Shown here piece by piece: positions 8,839 to 21,100 of a stretch of DNA of 64,000 nt. Origin of the DNA: Candidatus Latescibacterota bacterium (GTDB lineage: Bacteria > Latescibacterota > UBA2968 > GCA-2709665); the NCBI GenBank assembly GCA_965219455.1, contig OZ244744.1, positions 3,136,001 through 3,200,000 of the forward strand, in the 5' to 3' direction. The notes under the pieces were generated by a model, which ran no database searches, had not been told where the DNA came from, and saw only the letters and a program-made list of their open reading frames with translations. A program made the translations under genes and the position numbers. Each line of letters opens with the position of its first letter. Within the stretch, counting starts at the first letter, position 1.

Positions 8839-11800
8839 GTGGCCTTTTTCGGCGCAATTTCTGGTTTACGAATTAAGATCAGCTCTATCACCCTCGGCGT
8901 CGTCGGCCTGATCTGCCTGTTTGTGTTCGCGCTCCCGTGGTCGCCGTCCACGCAGCCGAGCGGATTTTCTCTCTCGCTGGACCTGGACGATGCTGCAGGC
9001 GACCAGGCCGTTTCCTCACTCGACCTCCTTCCCGATCAGCCTTTTTCCATCCAGATCTTCGGCAGAGATATTCAGGGCGCCACCGGCATTTCCGCGCGCT
9101 TTCGTATCGACGCATCCCAGGTCGCGTACGAGGGCTTCGATGCGGGCGACGCGCTGCCGAACGCGCAGGCCGTTGCACAGCCGGATACCACGTCGGTCCG
9201 TATCGGTGTGTCGTGGTCGAGCGGCTCCGCATCGGTGAACACCGGGCTTGTGGGCACGCTGCGATTGCGCACCACGCCATCGTTTTCGGACACGGAGGTG
9301 TGGCTGGAGCACGCCGAGCTTACGCGGGGCGGGCAGACCGAGACGATCTCGCCCGCGGCCGGCGTGGCGCTGCAGGTTGCCGCGCCGCCTTCTCCGGACT
9401 TCGACGGCGACGGCGTGGTGGACTTCTTCGACTTTGTGGCGTTCGCCGGCGTCTTCGGGTCGCAGCGCGGAGACGGGAAGTACGTGGCGGCGTACGATCT
9501 GACCCAGGACGGCGGCATCGGCTTCGACGATTTTCTGGTCTTCGCCAGCAACTTCGGCAAAAATCCCAATCGCGCTCCCGCTTTCGACGCCACACCTCCG
9601 TTGACGCGTACCATGGAAGAAAACACGCCATTTGGACAGCCCATCGGGGCCCCCGTCACGGCCAAGGACGCCGACGGCAATTCCCTGTCCTACGGCCTGC
9701 GGGGCGTGCACTCGGACAGCTTTGCGATTGAACCGGGCACGGGTCAGCTTCTCACAAGGGAAGGAACTGCGTACGACCACGAGGCCAGGGACACCTATTC
9801 CGTGACGGTACGCGCCAGCGACGGGCAGGGGGGCCGCGCCACGGTCGTGGTGGGCATCTCCGTCACGGACGTGGACGAACCCCCTTCCGCGGCGCCCGAC
9901 AGCGTGGCAGTGGCCCCGCGCGACAGCGCGCTTGCCGTGACGTGGCTGGCGGCGATGGACGAGGCGGGCAAGCCTCCGGTGAGCGGGTACGAGGTGGGGC
10001 ATAAGCAGGCAGAGGCTGAGACATGGCCGGAGGGGCTGCTGGTGGAAGGCCGCACGGATACGAGCGTCACGTTAGCAGGCCTGACCAACGAACAGCCGTA
10101 CCACGTACGTGTGCGCACAATGAACGAGGAGGGCGCGAGCCCCTGGTCGGAGACCGTTGCCGGCGCGCCCACGGTGGGTCCGCGGCCCCTGGGCGTGATC
10201 GGCGACCTGACGGTCTTCGTCGACCGCGACCTTCCCGTGAACCTGGCCAGCCTGTTCACGCGGCCGGCACTTGGGGCGCTGACGTATGATGCGACGTCGT
10301 CCGACGAGGGGGTTGCCACGGTGACCGTGGCGGATACGATGGCGACGGTGCGCGGCGTGGCCGCGGGGCGCGCGACCATCACCGCCACTGCCAGCGATGT
10401 ACAGGGCAAAAGCGCACAGACGACCTTTGCCGTCGACGTAACGACAGCATTGCCACCGCCTCCGCCGCCACAGAACAACCGGCCGCCGACCTTCGACGAC
10501 GGGCGCAGCACGTCGCGCACCCTGGCGGAGAACACGCCCGCGCACCGTCCCATTCAGCATCCGGTCAACGCCACGGATCCGGACGGACACCGGGTGACGT
10601 ACAGACTCTCGGGGCCGGACTCCGCCAGCTTTTCGGTGGCCACCGGGAGTGGCCAACTGCGCACGTTGTCGGGCATCACGTACGACTTCGAGGATAACGA
10701 CAGGTATTCCGTCGACCTGGTAGGCAGCGACCCCTACGGCGAATCGGCCACGATCGGCGTGACCATCCACGTGGACGACGTGGACGAGCCGCCGGAGATT
10801 CCCGCAGCGCCGCTGGTACAACCGGCGTCGACGACCAGCCTGACGGTCACGTGGGACGCGCCGGACAACACGGGTCCTGCTATCAACGACTACGACGTGC
10901 AATACCGGAAGAGCGGCAACTTCCTCCCCCATACACACGACGGACCGGGCACGAGTGCGACCATCATCGACCTTGACGTCAACACCCGCTACGAGGTGCA
11001 GGTGCGGGCAACCAACGACGAAGGCGAGGGCGGGTGGTCTGGATCAGGCTTCGGGACGACCAGTTCCAACCTTTCGCCGGTGTTCGACGAGGGACGGAGT
11101 ACCACGCGCGAGGTGGCCGAGAATACGACCGGTGTGCAGAACCTGGGCGTCCCGCTGCGGGCGGACGACCCGGAGAACACCGCGGTGACGTACAGCCTCA
11201 CCCGCGGCGACACGGAGAGTTTTTACGTCGATGAGAATACGGGTCAACTGCGAACATCGGCGGACGCCACCTACGACTTCGAGACGAAGGACCGCTACTC
11301 CGTGACGGTGGAAGCGCAGGACGAGCACGGCGGGCGGGCGACCATTGCCGTGACCATAGACGTGACCGACGACGACAGCGAAGCGCCGGAGGCGCCTGAC
11401 AAGCCCACGTTCACGGCGCAGACGCTGAACAGCCTGTCCATACGCTGGACGGCCCCGGCCAACACCGGTCCTGCTATCAACGACTACGACGTGCAGTTCA
11501 GCGAGGACGGCGGCGCCTTCACCGACTGGCCGCACACGGGGCCGGGGACGACCACGACCATTACCTCCCTGACGGCCGACACGCCCTACCGGGTGCAGGT
11601 GCTGGCACGCTCTCCCGAAGGCGAAAGCTCCTGGTCGGAGTCTGCAGACGCCAGGACCGTGGCCAACAGCGGGCCGACGTTCAACGAGGGCACGAGCACC
11701 ACGCGCTCTCTGGCAGAGAACACCACGGGTACAAACGACATCGGCAACCCGGTCACGGCGAGGGACAATGACGGCGGCACGCTCACCTACGACCTGGAAG

Positions 11801-14800
11801 GCACGGACCAGGCCGCCTTCGCCCTTGACGGCAACCAGCTGCAAACCCGGTCGGGACAGACATACGACTTCGAGGCGAAGCCCCGCTATGACGTCGTCGT
11901 GCGCGTCGAAGACGGGCAGGGCGGCAGCAACACCATTGCGGTCAGGATCAACCTGACGGACCAGCAGGAAAGACCCGGCACCCCCGACGCGCCCTCCGTC
12001 TCGGCGTCGTCGTCCACCAGCCTGGAGGTCACGTGGGACGAGCCGGCAAACACCGGCCCCGACATCAACGACTACGACGTGCAATACCGGGAAGGGGACA
12101 GCGGCGGCTTCAGCGCGTGGACGCACAACAGCGCGGAACGCACCGCAACCATCACGGGCCGCACCCCGGGCACGAGCTACCAGGTGCAGGTGCTGGCGAA
12201 GTCTCCTGAAGGCACGAGCGTCTGGTCGGAATCGGGCACGGGAAGCACCGATCCCAATCAGTTGCCAACATTCACTGACGGGCTCGGCGCGACACGCACC
12301 CTGGCGGAGAACACCAAGGGCGTGAAGGACATAGGCGATCCGGTGGGCGCCACGGACCCCGAGATGACCCCGCTGACGTACGCCCTTGAAGGCACGCACG
12401 CGGACTCCTTCTCGATAGACACGCGTAGCGGTCAGCTTAAAACCAGATCAGGCAGGACCTACGACTTTGAGGCCTTGTCGCGCTATTCGGTCAATGTCAA
12501 AGCCACCGACGGCCACGGCGGCGAGGGCAGCATCCCCGTGTCCATCGACCTGACCGATCTGAACGAGGCGCCCGTGTTTACCGGCGAGCCGACGCTCGAG
12601 GCGACGGAGAACCAGTCCTTCGCCGGCAGGGTCAGTGCCGACGACCTGGACCAGGGCGATGCCATCACAGACTACACCCTGACCGGCGGCAGCGACCGCA
12701 GCAGGCTCGAAATCAGCAACACCGGCGCGCTGACGTTCAGGGATGACCCCGACTTCGAGCGTCCCGTGGACGCGGGAAGCAACAACAGCTACGTCGTGGA
12801 GGTCACCGCCACCGGCGGTTCCGGCGGTCGCGCACTAACCGCCGCGCAGACCGTTACCGTCAATGTCACGGACGAGAACGAGCCGCCGGTTTTCACCATT
12901 GAAGACACCTTCGAGGTCACCGAGAACACCCGGTTCGCCGGACTAATGGTGGCCCAGGACGTCGATGCCGGTGATGCCATTACCGGATACGCTGTCACCG
13001 GCGCCGCAGACGGGGACCTGTTCGAGATCGCGAGCACGAACCAGCTGCGTTTTAAGGAGGATCCCGACTTTGAGACTCCCGCGGATGCAGGGAGCAACAA
13101 CGACTACAGCGTGGTGGTGGAGGCGACCGGCGGCAGCGGCACCCGCGAAATGCCGGGCACCAAGACGGTCGTCGTCCTCGTGAAGGATGACGTCGAACCG
13201 CCGGGCAAGCCCGACCCGCCCACGGTGAGCGGCGAGACGGAGAGCAGCCTGACCGTGAGCTGGGATGCGCCAGAAAACCAAGGTCCCGACATCACGAACT
13301 ATTACGTGCAGTACAGGGAAGGCGCCAGCGGCGCCTTCAGCAATTGGCACGAGACCGGTCCCACCCGGTCTCGCACGATCACCGGCTTGAGCTCGGGCAG
13401 GATCTGCCGGATTCAGGTGCAGGCGGAGAACGACGAAGGGAAGGGCCCATGGTCCGATCAGGTCTACGGCACGATCCTCCCCGCGTCGATTGTTCCTTCC
13501 TCGACTCCGGTCTTCACGGCGGCTCCGGATGAGGACCATCGCTTCGGTCAACCGGTGACTCACGCCTATAGTGGCGACCACACCAGTACGCTCGATCCCG
13601 GCGATCATAACCGCACCCACGTCGAGTACGACGACGGAACGCTCGAGCCGGCAACCGGTACTGCAGGGATCAACATCACCAACAAGAACGCGGGTTCCGA
13701 GTACCACGCGATCACGATCGGCGACAGCGCCGAGGTAACTGCAAGAGGAAGCGTCGCGGCCAACATCACAACGGAAGGCAACACCGGGAACCTTTGGATC
13801 CTGAACCAAGGCTCCGTAACTCTCGATAGCGCGGGCATCGGCATCCGCGCGGTGATGAAGGCCTCCCCCGCCAACATACTCCTCGTGAACGACGGAGAAA
13901 TCACACTGAACGGCCTCACCACCGCGCCGGACTTGGCTCAATCCAACCATCGTCTTGTGGTCGGGGGCCTCAACAAGGCGGCGGAGCCCCATGACTTCTC
14001 GAACTACAGCCACAAGGTCGAGTTGTTCAACATGCCCGGCGGCCAACTCATTGCTACCGGTCCCTACAACAAGCGAGTTGACGGTCTTAAGTGCGAGACT
14101 GGAAGCGGACATCTCACACGACTGGTCAACTATGCGGAAGGCCAGATCCGGATTGAAGGAGAGGGCGCGCGCGGGATCTCGGCTCAGAGTCTCTGGGGAG
14201 CGTCACAGGGTCTCAACTTCGGCTCAATCGAAATCAACGGTCTGTACGCGATCGGCTTGTGGGCGGGGAACTGCGCGCCGTGGCCGTTCGAGAACAACGG
14301 TTGCCACGGGAACCTGGATGAGATCGTCCCCGACCGGACCAGCAACGTGCCGGGCGATGTCTACGCGAGGAACTACAGTGACGCCTCCATCACCACGAGG
14401 GCGACGACACGCACGGACGACAGACGGAGACACCGCCACGGATATGGAATCATCGCCAGGAGTTCGATGTCCGGCCGGGTCTTCGCGATCAACCAGGGGA
14501 CGATCGATACGGAGGGAAAATGGAGCCACGGCATATATGCTTACGGATACGATAACGACAGAGATCTCGATGACACTTCGTACCCCGACATTCCAGACTA
14601 CCCGGACACATCGGAGCACGATGGCGTTCATGTGGAAAATACCGGTACGATCAGCACGGACGGCGAGGCGGCCCACGGTATTCGCGCCGAGCATTACCGC
14701 GGCGGCGAGATCAAGGTATTCAACACCGGGAATATCTTGGCGACGAGCAAGTACTCGACGAATGCGGAATCTTCGTACTCGGCGGGAATATCAATTGCTG

Positions 14801-15159
14801 GGATGGGTGGGGATGTTCCTGGACCGGGATGTGAGACGGCGGCAGGCGATCCGGTGGACCCGGACATCGTTTGTAAGAACGTCTACCGTATAGGCGACGT
14901 CGTGGTCTGGAACAGCGGCGACATCGGCGCCCCTGAGGGCATCACCGAAGCTCCCAGCATAGGTATCGACGTGGTGAGCCAGGGTGGGGATATCACGATT
15001 ACCCACACCGGGAGTATCACGGCCGCCAGGATCGGAATCCGCGTGCAAACCTCGGGGCAGGGGAAGATCACCCTGAACGCAAGTGGAGCATTGAATGCGC
15101 CGATGAAGTACGAGGTTATTGGCGGCACGGACAATGAAATTGTCGTGAACGAGCTTTAG
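8839..15159 (+). CDS. Giant surface protein A (2106 aa): signal/TM, cohesin-like, dockerin-like EF-hand pair, cadherin-like/FN3 repeats, Ig-like, C-terminal beta-helix-like tip
   Basis: PDFDGDGVVDFFDF...YDLTQDGGIGFDDF; repeated ENT..IG.PV.A.D.D / YD.E cadherin-like motifs; W..P.NTGP.I.DYDVQY FN3 motifs; N-x-G-x-I repeats in the last ~550 aa. Confidence 0.88.
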   Translation: MAFFGAISGLRIKISSITLGVVGLICLFVFALPWSPSTQPSGFSLSLDLDDAAGDQAVSSLDLLPDQPFSIQIFGRDIQGATGISARFRIDASQVAYEGFDAGDALPNAQAVAQPDTTSVRIGVSWSSGSASVNTGLVGTLRLRTTPSFSDTEVWLEHAELTRGGQTETISPAAGVALQVAAPPSPDFDGDGVVDFFDFVAFAGVFGSQRGDGKYVAAYDLTQDGGIGFDDFLVFASNFGKNPNRAPAFDATPPLTRTMEENTPFGQPIGAPVTAKDADGNSLSYGLRGVHSDSFAIEPGTGQLLTREGTAYDHEARDTYSVTVRASDGQGGRATVVVGISVTDVDEPPSAAPDSVAVAPRDSALAVTWLAAMDEAGKPPVSGYEVGHKQAEAETWPEGLLVEGRTDTSVTLAGLTNEQPYHVRVRTMNEEGASPWSETVAGAPTVGPRPLGVIGDLTVFVDRDLPVNLASLFTRPALGALTYDATSSDEGVATVTVADTMATVRGVAAGRATITATASDVQGKSAQTTFAVDVTTALPPPPPPQNNRPPTFDDGRSTSRTLAENTPAHRPIQHPVNATDPDGHRVTYRLSGPDSASFSVATGSGQLRTLSGITYDFEDNDRYSVDLVGSDPYGESATIGVTIHVDDVDEPPEIPAAPLVQPASTTSLTVTWDAPDNTGPAINDYDVQYRKSGNFLPHTHDGPGTSATIIDLDVNTRYEVQVRATNDEGEGGWSGSGFGTTSSNLSPVFDEGRSTTREVAENTTGVQNLGVPLRADDPENTAVTYSLTRGDTESFYVDENTGQLRTSADATYDFETKDRYSVTVEAQDEHGGRATIAVTIDVTDDDSEAPEAPDKPTFTAQTLNSLSIRWTAPANTGPAINDYDVQFSEDGGAFTDWPHTGPGTTTTITSLTADTPYRVQVLARSPEGESSWSESADARTVANSGPTFNEGTSTTRSLAENTTGTNDIGNPVTARDNDGGTLTYDLEGTDQAAFALDGNQLQTRSGQTYDFEAKPRYDVVVRVEDGQGGSNTIAVRINLTDQQERPGTPDAPSVSASSSTSLEVTWDEPANTGPDINDYDVQYREGDSGGFSAWTHNSAERTATITGRTPGTSYQVQVLAKSPEGTSVWSESGTGSTDPNQLPTFTDGLGATRTLAENTKGVKDIGDPVGATDPEMTPLTYALEGTHADSFSIDTRSGQLKTRSGRTYDFEALSRYSVNVKATDGHGGEGSIPVSIDLTDLNEAPVFTGEPTLEATENQSFAGRVSADDLDQGDAITDYTLTGGSDRSRLEISNTGALTFRDDPDFERPVDAGSNNSYVVEVTATGGSGGRALTAAQTVTVNVTDENEPPVFTIEDTFEVTENTRFAGLMVAQDVDAGDAITGYAVTGAADGDLFEIASTNQLRFKEDPDFETPADAGSNNDYSVVVEATGGSGTREMPGTKTVVVLVKDDVEPPGKPDPPTVSGETESSLTVSWDAPENQGPDITNYYVQYREGASGAFSNWHETGPTRSRTITGLSSGRICRIQVQAENDEGKGPWSDQVYGTILPASIVPSSTPVFTAAPDEDHRFGQPVTHAYSGDHTSTLDPGDHNRTHVEYDDGTLEPATGTAGINITNKNAGSEYHAITIGDSAEVTARGSVAANITTEGNTGNLWILNQGSVTLDSAGIGIRAVMKASPANILLVNDGEITLNGLTTAPDLAQSNHRLVVGGLNKAAEPHDFSNYSHKVELFNMPGGQLIATGPYNKRVDGLKCETGSGHLTRLVNYAEGQIRIEGEGARGISAQSLWGASQGLNFGSIEINGLYAIGLWAGNCAPWPFENNGCHGNLDEIVPDRTSNVPGDVYARNYSDASITTRATTRTDDRRRHRHGYGIIARSSMSGRVFAINQGTIDTEGKWSHGIYAYGYDNDRDLDDTSYPDIPDYPDTSEHDGVHVENTGTISTDGEAAHGIRAEHYRGGEIKVFNTGNILATSKYSTNAESSYSAGISIAGMGGDVPGPGCETAAGDPVDPDIVCKNVYRIGDVVVWNSGDIGAPEGITEAPSIGIDVVSQGGDITITHTGSITAARIGIRVQTSGQGKITLNASGALNAPMKYEVIGGTDNEIVVNEL

Positions 15160-15176
15160 TCAGGTGTTCGAGGACG

Positions 15177-18100
15177 GTGGGACGGTGCCGTCGAGATCGT
15201 GGCCGCAGGCGGCGTGTTCAGCAGCCAGAAATGGACCTGCTGACGTATACGGCGTTGTCCGGAAATACGGCCGCCGCTTCCTTTCATGTGATCGGTGTAC
15301 TTTGTCGTTCGCGAATAAGCATTGGGTCTTTCACCCTCGGCGCCGTCGGCCTGATCTGCCTGTTTGTGTTCGCGCTCCCGTGGTCGCCGTCCACGCAGCC
15401 GAGCGGATTTTCCGTCTCGCTGGACCTGGTCGGCACGGTGCGATTGCGTACGACGGCTGCATTCTCTGATACAGAGATCTGGCTTGTCGACGCGGAACTT
15501 GCCCGTGGCGGGCAGACCGAGACGATCTCTTCTGCCATTGGCGTGGCGCTGCAGGTGGCCGCACCGCCTTCTCCGGACTTCGACGGCAACGGCCTGGTAG
15601 GCTTCTCCGACTTTGTAGCCTTTGCCGGCGCTTTCGGGGCACAACGGGGCGACGGCAAGTATGTGGCAAAGTACGATCTGAACAACGACGGCAGCATCGG
15701 CTTCGATGACCTGCTGATCTTCGCCGAGAGCTTCGGCGATGCGGTCAACCGCGCGCCGGTGTTCGGGGTTGCGCCACCCGTGACGCGCGCGCTGGCGGAG
15801 AACACGCCCGCAGGCCAGCCCATCGGCGACCCCGTCCTTGCCACGGATGCCGATGACGATTCTCTCACCTATGGCCTGCGCGGCGTGCACGCGAACCGTT
15901 TTTCCATAGGCGCCGGCACAGGGCAGTTGCTGACAAAGGAAGGCATTGCCTACGACCACGAAGCCAGCGACACCTATTCTGTAACCGTCCGGGCCAGTGA
16001 CGGCAAGGGGGGCCGCGCCACCGTCGGGGTGGACGTCGCCGTGACCGACGTGGACGAACCCCCCGGCGCGCCGCCCCCGGGCGTGGCGGTCACGCCGCGC
16101 AACAGCGCCCTGTTGGTAAGCTGGAACACGCCGCCCCCGGGCGTGGCGGTCACGCCGCGCAACAGCGCCCTGTTGGTAAGCTGGAACACGCCGCCCGACG
16201 AGGCGGGCAAGCCCCCGGTGAGCGGTTACGAGGTGACGCACCGGCGCGGCGATACCGGCGACTGGCAGGAAGCGCTGATGCTGGACAGCAGCGCGGATAC
16301 CAGCGTGACGTTGACGCGCCTGAACAACGAACGGACCCATCAGGTGCGCGTGCGCAGTTTCAACGACGAGGGGACAGGCCCATGGTCACAACCCGTTGCG
16401 GGCGCGCCCACGGCGGGGCCGAAGGTGGCGCGCGGCATCCCCGACCAGAGTCTCTACACGGACGGGGGTAACCGTCGCGTGAACCTGTCCGTGGCCTTCA
16501 CCCGGCCGGGCAGGAGGCCGCTGATCTACGGTGCGGCATCGTCCGACAGCACGATCGCCGCGGTGAGCGTGTCGGATTCCATCGCGACGCTGCGCCCCGC
16601 GGCCGGCGGGCGCGTGACCATCACTGCGACCGCCAGCGACCTGTGGGGCAACGCGGCGCAGACGACCTTTAACGTTGTCGTGACCTCGGGTTCCCCACCG
16701 CCTCCCCGGCCGCCTCCTGTGCCCACGGGGCCAGGCGGGCCATCGCGGCCGCCTCAGCCGCCCCCGCCACCTCCACCGCCGCAAAACAACCGGCCGCCTA
16801 CCTTCGACGACGGATCAAACACGTCGCGCACCGTGGCTGAGAACACGCCCGCGCGCCGTCCCATCCAGCATCCGGTCAACGCCACCGACCCGGACGGACA
16901 CCGCGTGACGTACAATCTCTCGGGCCCGGGCTCCGCCAGCTTCGCCGTTGACACGGGCAGCGGGCAGTTGCGCACGCTGTCGGGCATCACGTACGACTTC
17001 GAGGATAACGACCGCTATTCCGTGGAACTGGATGCCAGCGACCCCTACGGCGAATCCACCACGATCGGGGTCACCATCCACGTGGCCGACGTGAACGAGC
17101 CGCCGGCGATTCCCGTCGCGCCTGTGGTACAGCCGGCGTCGACGACCAGCCTGACGGTCACGTGGGAAGCACCGGACAACACGGGTCCGGACATCACCGA
17201 CTACGACCTGCAATATCGGCAGAGCGGCAGCTTCCTCCCTCATACCCACGATGGGCCGGGTACGAGCGCAACCATCATCGAACTCGACATCAACACACGC
17301 TACGAGGTGCAGGTGCGTGCAGCCAACGACGAAGGGACGACGTTATGGTCCCGGTCGGGCTTCGGGTCCACCAGTAGCAATCTGCCGCCGGTTTTCGACG
17401 AAGGAAGGAGCACTACGCGCGAGGTGGCAGAGAACGCGACCGGGACAACCGACCTCGGCGTCCCGCTGCGGGCAGACGACCCGGAGAACACCACGGTGAC
17501 GTACAGCCTCACTCGCGGGGACACGGAGAGTTTTGGCGTCGACACCAACACCGGTCAACTGCGGACCGCAACGGGCGTTGACTACGACTTCGAAACGAAA
17601 AATCGCTACTCGGTGACGGTGGAAGGGAGGGACGAGCAGGACGGAAGCGCGACCATCACCGTGACCATAAACGTGATCGACGACGACACCGAGGAACCGG
17701 AGACGCCCGACAAGCCCACGGTCACGGGACAGACGCTGAGCAGCCTGTCCATCCGATGGACGGCGCCCGCTAACACCGGCCCCGCCGTCAACGACTACGA
17801 CGTGCAGTACAGCGAGGACGGCGGCGCCTTCACCGACTGGCCGCACACGGGGCCGGGGACGACCACGACCATTACCTCCCTGACGGCCGACACGCCCTAC
17901 CGAGTGCAGGTGCTGGCACGCTCTCCCGAAGGCGAAAGCTCCTGGTCGGAGTCTGCAGACGCCAGGACCGTGGCCAACAGCGCGCCGACGTTCAACGAGG
18001 GCACGAGCACCACGCGCTCTCTGGCAGAGAACTCGACGGGCACAAACGATCTCGGCAATCCGCTCACCGCGCGGGATACCGACGGAGGCACACTCAGCTA

Positions 18101-21100
18101 CGGCCTCGAGGGCACGGACCGGGCCTCCTTCGCGCTGGATGGCGCCCAGCTTCAGACGCTTTCAGGTGAGACCTATGACTTTGAGGCCAAGCCCCGCTAT
18201 GACGTCATCGTGCGCGTCGAAGACGGGCAGGGCGGCAGCAACACCATTGCGGTCAGGATCAACCTGACGGACCAGCAGGAAAAACCCGGCACGCCGGATG
18301 CGCCGGACGTCACGGCGGCCTCGTCCACCAGCCTGGAGGTGACCTGGGACGAGCCCGCAAACACCGGTCCGGCCATCAACGACTACGACGTGCAGTACCG
18401 GCAAGGCGACAGGGGCGGCTTCCGTTCGTGGACGCACAACAGCGCCGAGAGCAGTGCCACGATCACGGCGCTGGTTCCGGACTCCTCCTACCAGGTGCAG
18501 GTGCTGGCGCGCTCTCCCGAAGGCACGAGCGAATGGTCGGAATCCGGCACGGGAAGCACCGACTCCAATCAACTGCCAACATTTGCCGACGGGTCCAGCG
18601 CCACGCGCACCCTGGCGGAGAACACAACCGGTACACAAAATATCGGGGATCCGGTCAGTGCGACCGACGCCGAGATGACCACGCTGACGTACGCGCTGGA
18701 AGGCACGCACGCGGACTCCTTCTCCATCGACACCCGCAGCGGCCAGCTCAAGACCCGATCGGGCAGGACCTACGACTTTGAGGCCCTGTCCCGCTATTCG
18801 GTGAACGTGAAGGCCACCGACGGCCACGGCGGCGAGGGCAGCATCCCGGTGTCCATCGACCTGACGGATCTGAACGAGGCGCCCGTGTTTACCGGCGAGC
18901 CCACGCTGGAGGCGGCGGAGAACCAGTCCTTCGCCGGCAGTGTCAGTGCCGACGACTTCGACCAGGGCGATGCCATCACGGACTACACCCTGACCGGCGG
19001 CAGCGACCGCGGCAGGCTCGAAATCAGCAACACCGGCGCGCTGACCTTCAGGGACGACCCCGACTTCGAGAGTCCCGTGGACGCGGGAAGCAACAACAGC
19101 TACGTCGTGGAGGTCACCGTCACAGGTGGGTCGGGCGGTCGCGCGCTGACCGCCGCGCAGACGGTGACCGTCAATGTCACGGACGAGAACGAACCCCCCC
19201 ACTTCACCAGCGTGGATACGTTCATGGTTGTGGAAAACGTCCTGAGGGCAGGGCGGCTGGCGGCGCAGGACGTGGACAGGGACGACGGCATCACGGGATA
19301 TGCCGTCAGCGGCGGCGCGGACAGCGACGACTTCGAAATCAAAAACACCAGCGAGCTGCACTTCAGGGATGATCCAGACTTCGAACGGCCGGCGGACGCG
19401 GGAGGCGACAACGAGTACACGGTCCAGGTGGAGGTGACGGGCGGGGCGGACACCCGGGCGCTGGCGGCCACGCAGACCATCACCGTCGCCATTGACGACG
19501 AGGACGAGCCGCCGGGCAAGCCCGACCCGCCCGTGGTGAGCGACACCACCGAGAGCAGCCTGACGGTGAGATGGGACGAACCGGACAACGACGGTCCCGA
19601 CATCACGAACTATTTTCTGCAGTACCGCGACAGCGGCGCGTTCACCATCTCTTCCGACAGCACCTCGACACGTACCCGCACAATCTCGAGCCTCCGCGCG
19701 GGAAGGTCCTACCAGTTCCAGGTGCAGGCGAAGAACGACGAAGGCAAGGGACCGTGGTCTAATACGGGCAGCGGAACCACCCTCACCGCCCCGACGGTCT
19801 CCAGTGTCGCGTTCACCTCGACGCCAGCCTCAGGACAGAACAACACCTACAAGCTCAAGGACACCCTCGACGTGACCGTCACCTTCAGCGAGGCGGTGAC
19901 CGCCACCGGCGCGCCGCAGGTCGACCTGACCATCGGCTCCACTCCGCGCCAGGCCGACTACGAAAGCGGCTCGACCACGACCCAGCTCCTGTTTGAGTAC
20001 GCGGTGCAGGTTGCCGACGAAGACGATAACGGCGCCGCCATCAACGAGAACGGCCTCAAGCTCAACAGCGGCCGCATCTTCCTGCTCAAGAACAGCGTCA
20101 CCGTCAACGCCGACCTGGCCCACTCGGCCGTCGCCAACCAGTCCCGCCACAAGGTCGACGGCGTCGCCCCAACCCCCACCAAAGCGGAAGTGGATGGAAC
20201 CAAGCTGACCCTGACGTACGGCGAAACGCTCGTCAGCAATCCAAAGCCGGCCAACAGCGATTTCGCCGTGACCGTGGACAGCGAGACGCGAAGCGTTACC
20301 GCGGTGGCCGTCAGCAACACCAAGGTGACACTCACCCTGGCCTCGGCCGTAAACACGGGGGAGACGGTGGCGCTTGCCTACACGCCGGGGACCAACCCGA
20401 TCCGCGACCGGGCCTGGAACCCCGCCGGCGCCCTCAGCAACCTGGCGGTGGACAACCTCAGAAACGTCTGCAACCGCACCGCGCAGGTGCGCGACGAGAT
20501 CATGGATGAAGCCGGGGTCAGCGCGTGCGGCGACGTAACCGCGGACCATCTTGCCGCGATCACCAGCCTCTCCCTGATTGACGAAAGCATCTCCACGCTG
20601 AAAGCCGGCGACTTCGCCGGGCTGACGTCCCTGGAAGAACTCTACCTGTCAGACAACAGTATCAGCAGCCTGTCGGCGGGTATCTTCTCCGGCCTGTCGG
20701 CGCTGGAAGACCTCAGCCTCAGGCAGAACAACCTCTCCAACCTCGGAGCGAACACGTTCTCCGGACTGACCGCGCTGTCATCTCTCGATCTTTCCTTCAG
20801 CCATCTGGGCAGTTTCGACGCCAACCTGTTCTCCGGGCTGACGTCCCTGACCCATCTCGATCTGCTGAGTGCCCGCATCAACAGCCTGCCGGCGAACGGC
20901 TTCTCCGCGTTGACGGCGCTGGACACCCTCATCCTTCAGTACAACCTCCTGGGCGACCTCGCCGCCGACGAGTTCTCCGGGTTGTCGACGCTCGAATACC
21001 TCGACCTGAGCAATACCCGAATCACCAGTTTTCCGGCGGACGTCTTCTCCAACTTGTCGGGGCTCAAGCACCTCGACCTGGAGTATGCCCGGCTCACCAG

